The position numbers and the translations under genes are program-made. From Lophium mytilinum (Eukaryota), in NCBI GenBank assembly GCA_010093605.1, contig MU004188.1:1813918-1877917 (forward strand): DNA of 64,000 nucleotides. Reading direction: 5' to 3'. This document shows positions 60,716 to 64,000 of the stretch, one piece after another. The notes beneath the pieces are model-generated. The model saw nothing but the letters and a program-made list of their open reading frames with translations. It had not been told where the DNA came from and did no database searches. The first letter of the stretch is position 1. Each line of letters begins with the position of its first letter.

Positions 60716-63700
60716 CTAAGCCGAAGCTTCGCCGGTAGGGTTGACGGCCGGTCGACCGCCACCGACAAGCTCAAGGATCTTGCCGGCGACGGCAGCTGGG
60801 TAGCCGCGTGAGAGACCCTCGTTGACGACGGCCATGGCGCTGTTGCGATCCTCGACGGCCATGAAGGCGCGAGTCATGGCTTCATAGGTGCTGGGTTCGC
60901 GCTTGTCGACGGACACGTTGTCGTAGATGGCCTTGGCCTTCTCAATGTTCTTGGTCAGTGCCCATCCGTGGATCAGAGAGTTGGCGATATAAGGCGTCAT
61001 GTCAACACCACGGCGCCTCATGTCTTGAAGAATGTTCTCGGTGTCGGCGATCTGGTGGTTGGCGACCATGGCTTCAAAGAGAGCTTGGTAGAGGCAGGCC
61101 TGAGGACGGATGCGGTGGTCGGCAAGGACGGTGTCGAAGAGTTTCCTGGCTCCGGCCATGTCGTGTAGAACGCATCCCTTGGCATGAATCAGGGACGAGT
61201 AGTGAACGGCTTCTGGAATACCACCAGACTGTCGGATCTGAGCAAGGATAGCCTCGGCGGCTTCCATATCCACAGGCTCAAGGGTAGCGTGGGTATCGAT
61301 GAGGAGCTTATAAGTGTGGGTCGTGGGCTCGATCTTCTTAGATCGCATGCGCTCGTAGTAAGCGAGAACCTTGCCGCGATCGCGCTTGGTGGTGAGGAAG
61401 AATTGCATCAAGCTGTGGTATGGCGCTGGCCTAGGCTTGTAGTTGGGCATGCCCTCCATCTCTTCGAAGAGTTCCTCGGCAAACTTCTCGTCGCTTACAC
61501 GGCAGAGAGCATTGACGATGGTTCCGTAGGTGACGCTGGTTGGGCGAATACCAAGGTTGCGCATTTCCGAGAAGTAGAAGAGGCAGTCATCAATACGTCG
61601 AGCCTTGCCAAGCTTGCCAATCAAGGCGTTGTACAAGAAAGAAGACGGTTCAACACCCTCGGTTTTAGCGCGGAGGAAGATCTTGACCGCCTCCGTGGCT
61701 TCGTCGAAGGTCTTGGTGGATTCCTTTAGGGTCGTGATGTAAAGTCCGAAGGTATTGGCAGAGGGTGCTGCACCCATCTCAAGCAAGTCCTGGTGGTATT
61801 GGGCAGCAAGACCACGTTGTCCGGTGGTCAAGCAAGCAGCGACCATGGCATCCAAGATGGTAACCCAGCCGTATCTCACGATTCTGTATTGAGGAAGCAG
61901 AGGGACGTCTTGCTTGGCAAGGGCTAGGATATCGTGAGCCAGATTGAGACGGTCTTCCTTAGCAGCAGCAGTGATGAGTTTGGCGTATGTGAAGAATCGA
62001 GGATGTCTACCGGCACGACGCATGTTCTTAAACTTCATCAAAGCCTCGTTCAAGTGTGACGATGATCGACCGTGAGTCTTTTCGAGCAAGTCAGTGACGG
62101 CGACGGATCCCTTGTTGTCGGTGGTAGCCGCATATGGATCGAAAGAGTCTTCATAGGCGGGAGTTGCAGGGATGGGTGCCGGGTGAGCGAAGTTTGGGTA
62201 CTGAGCTGGTGCGTAAACGGGTTCTGGTGCAGGGTGCTTGTAGCTATACCATCGATGCTGGAGGTCAGGACGATCAAGCTTCACGAGAACCTGCTCCACC
62301 AGCGAAGACGTTAGTTGCTCGGTAGGCGTACCACTGGAAGCGACAACTTCCAACAGATGAGCAAAGCGTGCTGCGTGGCCGACATCGATGACAGAAGTGT
62401 TGAGAATCATTCCTGATTGGACCTGCATGAGAAGCGTAAGATCTTTCCAGTGGAGCTGAGCAATTCCATCGGGACCCATTCCGGCGAGGAGATGGGCCGC
62501 AACTGGCGTAACGAGACCACCATTCTCAATCATGGTCCACATGAGTTCCATGGTAGCCCGTACGGGGAGGAAGATTGCTCGCTTTTCCATGAACTGACCA
62601 ATGACTTCAACGGCTTCATCGATCTGCTCAACAATCTCCATCTTCGCTTGATTAGACTGATTCTGGGAGTCTCGGATGCGGGAGAACATCTGTCGGCTCT
62701 GGCGGAGACCTTGTTCGGACTGACCACTACCAATAAGACCGATGGTGTGCATGGTAGTGAACTCGATGAACTGAGGCTTGGTGATGGAGAACTCCAAGAG
62801 CTTCCAGAACGACTCTGCGGCCTCGATGTTGCCATTACGGACGTGCATGGCGCCCATAGCCATAGCTACACGGGACAAGTCAGTATTATCAGGGAGTTCT
62901 TGGAAGGCCTTCGTAGCAATATCGATGTTGTTGGTGTCAGCAGCGCGGATGCTGATGGCTGCCATAGCGATAGTCCGAGCTTCAGCGCCCAGCTTTTCAG
63001 CCTGATCCAAAGCCTCGGTGAACGATAGGTTCCTCACAGCTTCTGGAACAAAGGCCTTTAGACCCACAATATCTCGTAGGGGTGCTGCCTCTGCCGGATC
63101 CAACAGAGCTTCTTCAATCTTGGATAAGAACTTTTGACCTCCTTCGGTTCTGCCGCAGATGACATATGCTTTGATCAAAGAGGCGTATACGTCGTTATCC
63201 TTGCGTGACAAGGAGATGTCTCCGTTATCATTCGCAATTGCCAAGGCCTTGTACTCGTCGTAGCACTCAACGGCACTCCGTAGATCACCGCACTTGCCGA
63301 AGGCGTGAATCATGGGGACGAACATGTCAGCACACGGAATAACATTTCTGCTTTCCATATGCGCAAAGATCCGGACCATATCCTCAACACGGTCAGACTC
63401 GGCGCAGGCTGATACTAGCACTCTGTACGTCATTTCGTCAAAAGAGCGGGACAACTTGTTCACTGTTGCAACATCGAACAGCTTCACGGCGTAGCTTAGG
63501 GAGTCGTCCTCGCCCAATATTTCGTATTCGGTCGCGTTGGAGTGAAGCATGAATCGGCCCTCCTCTTCCATACCGCCATATCGGGTTCTCTTTTCTTCTA
63601 ATTCCTGTTTCATAGACATCACCTCCAACGACCGGATTGATAGAACCTCAATCAGCGTAGAGTATGTCACGGTATCGGGAGAAACTCCGCGGCGGAGCAT

Positions 63701-64000
63701 GTTCGAGTAGACATCGAGAGCTTTGGGAACCACCTGGTGCTTGGACTTGGGAAGCTTGATGGCAGCCGAAAGAAGCGCATTGTAAGCAGATGTCGACGGC
63801 TTAACGCCAGTGCGGAGCATCGACTCGAAAACAGCTGGAATCTCGGCATAGTGGTGGCCTTCGGCGAGCTTGTTGAGCTGCTCGGTGTAAACATCAATCT
63901 CCGAAACACTGGTGGCTAGGCTTGAACCAGTACGGCTCAGGGGTAGAGAGGAGGCGACCTCGGACTCAACAGCAGGAGACTTCGCCACCACCTCCTCTAC
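60716..64000 (-). CDS. Pentatricopeptide-repeat protein, probably mitochondrial (Ppr5-like); 5' end outside the window
   Basis: Multiple PPR motifs (PSTSAYNALL, PDTVTYSTLI, PSSFLYNALIGKLGKARR, PTSVTYGTIVNALC, PTTHTYKLLI) in an open frame of more than 1090 aa. Confidence 0.88.
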   Translation of the reverse strand, partial: VEEVVAKSPAVESEVASSLPLSRTGSSLATSVSEIDVYTEQLNKLAEGHHYAEIPAVFESMLRTGVKPSTSAYNALLSAAIKLPKSKHQVVPKALDVYSNMLRRGVSPDTVTYSTLIEVLSIRSLEVMSMKQELEEKRTRYGGMEEEGRFMLHSNATEYEILGEDDSLSYAVKLFDVATVNKLSRSFDEMTYRVLVSACAESDRVEDMVRIFAHMESRNVIPCADMFVPMIHAFGKCGDLRSAVECYDEYKALAIANDNGDISLSRKDNDVYASLIKAYVICGRTEGGQKFLSKIEEALLDPAEAAPLRDIVGLKAFVPEAVRNLSFTEALDQAEKLGAEARTIAMAAISIRAADTNNIDIATKAFQELPDNTDLSRVAMAMGAMHVRNGNIEAAESFWKLLEFSITKPQFIEFTTMHTIGLIGSGQSEQGLRQSRQMFSRIRDSQNQSNQAKMEIVEQIDEAVEVIGQFMEKRAIFLPVRATMELMWTMIENGGLVTPVAAHLLAGMGPDGIAQLHWKDLTLLMQVQSGMILNTSVIDVGHAARFAHLLEVVASSGTPTEQLTSSLVEQVLVKLDRPDLQHRWYSYKHPAPEPVYAPAQYPNFAHPAPIPATPAYEDSFDPYAATTDNKGSVAVTDLLEKTHGRSSSHLNEALMKFKNMRRAGRHPRFFTYAKLITAAAKEDRLNLAHDILALAKQDVPLLPQYRIVRYGWVTILDAMVAACLTTGQRGLAAQYHQDLLEMGAAPSANTFGLYITTLKESTKTFDEATEAVKIFLRAKTEGVEPSSFLYNALIGKLGKARRIDDCLFYFSEMRNLGIRPTSVTYGTIVNALCRVSDEKFAEELFEEMEGMPNYKPRPAPYHSLMQFFLTTKRDRGKVLAYYERMRSKKIEPTTHTYKLLIDTHATLEPVDMEAAEAILAQIRQSGGIPEAVHYSSLIHAKGCVLHDMAGARKLFDTVLADHRIRPQACLYQALFEAMVANHQIADTENILQDMRRRGVDMTPYIANSLIHGWALTKNIEKAKAIYDNVSVDKREPSTYEAMTRAFMAVEDRNSAMAVVNEGLSRGYPAAVAGKILELVGGGRPAVNPTGEASA

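Noticed and set aside
62417..63028. 203-aa and other antisense ORFs within the PPR and SSK2 genes
   Set aside because: Expected antisense open frames from codon bias; no independent features.

Overview
A gene-dense window from a filamentous ascomycete (Pezizomycotina; short spliceosomal introns; Dothideomycete-like by inference). It holds about 24 protein genes and one intron-containing tRNA-Leu(TAG). In order: Mon2 C-terminus; a phenylacetate/homogentisate catabolic cluster (phacA-like P450, fahA, hmgA) interrupted by an intronless non-RD kinase; a Cus2/HTATSF1 splicing factor; an ammonium transporter; the Ssk2 MAPKKK; a DHA1 MFS transporter; EMC5; a Luz-like (luciferase-family) protein; Sas10/Utp3; Tsc10; GPI, CFEM and CHRD surface proteins; two tandem BTB/POZ genes; and a PPR protein. 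The most interesting region is a compact four-gene module at 50.3-58.7 kb. It comprises an amidohydrolase-2 protein that has lost its metal ligands, a Zn2Cys6 transcription factor, an isocitrate-lyase-fold protein lacking the catalytic KKCGH loop (KKFTNG instead) and a PLP aminotransferase, followed by a possible transporter remnant. Also notable are a ~215-bp Tc1/mariner-type MITE family (TA-flanked, CAGT...ACTG ends) present as single copies, as an intronic copy and as an amplified array with RIP-like changes; an 85-aa out-of-frame ORF overlapping the hmgA start; and several non-canonical splice sites. All calls come from reading the sequence; no database search was run.
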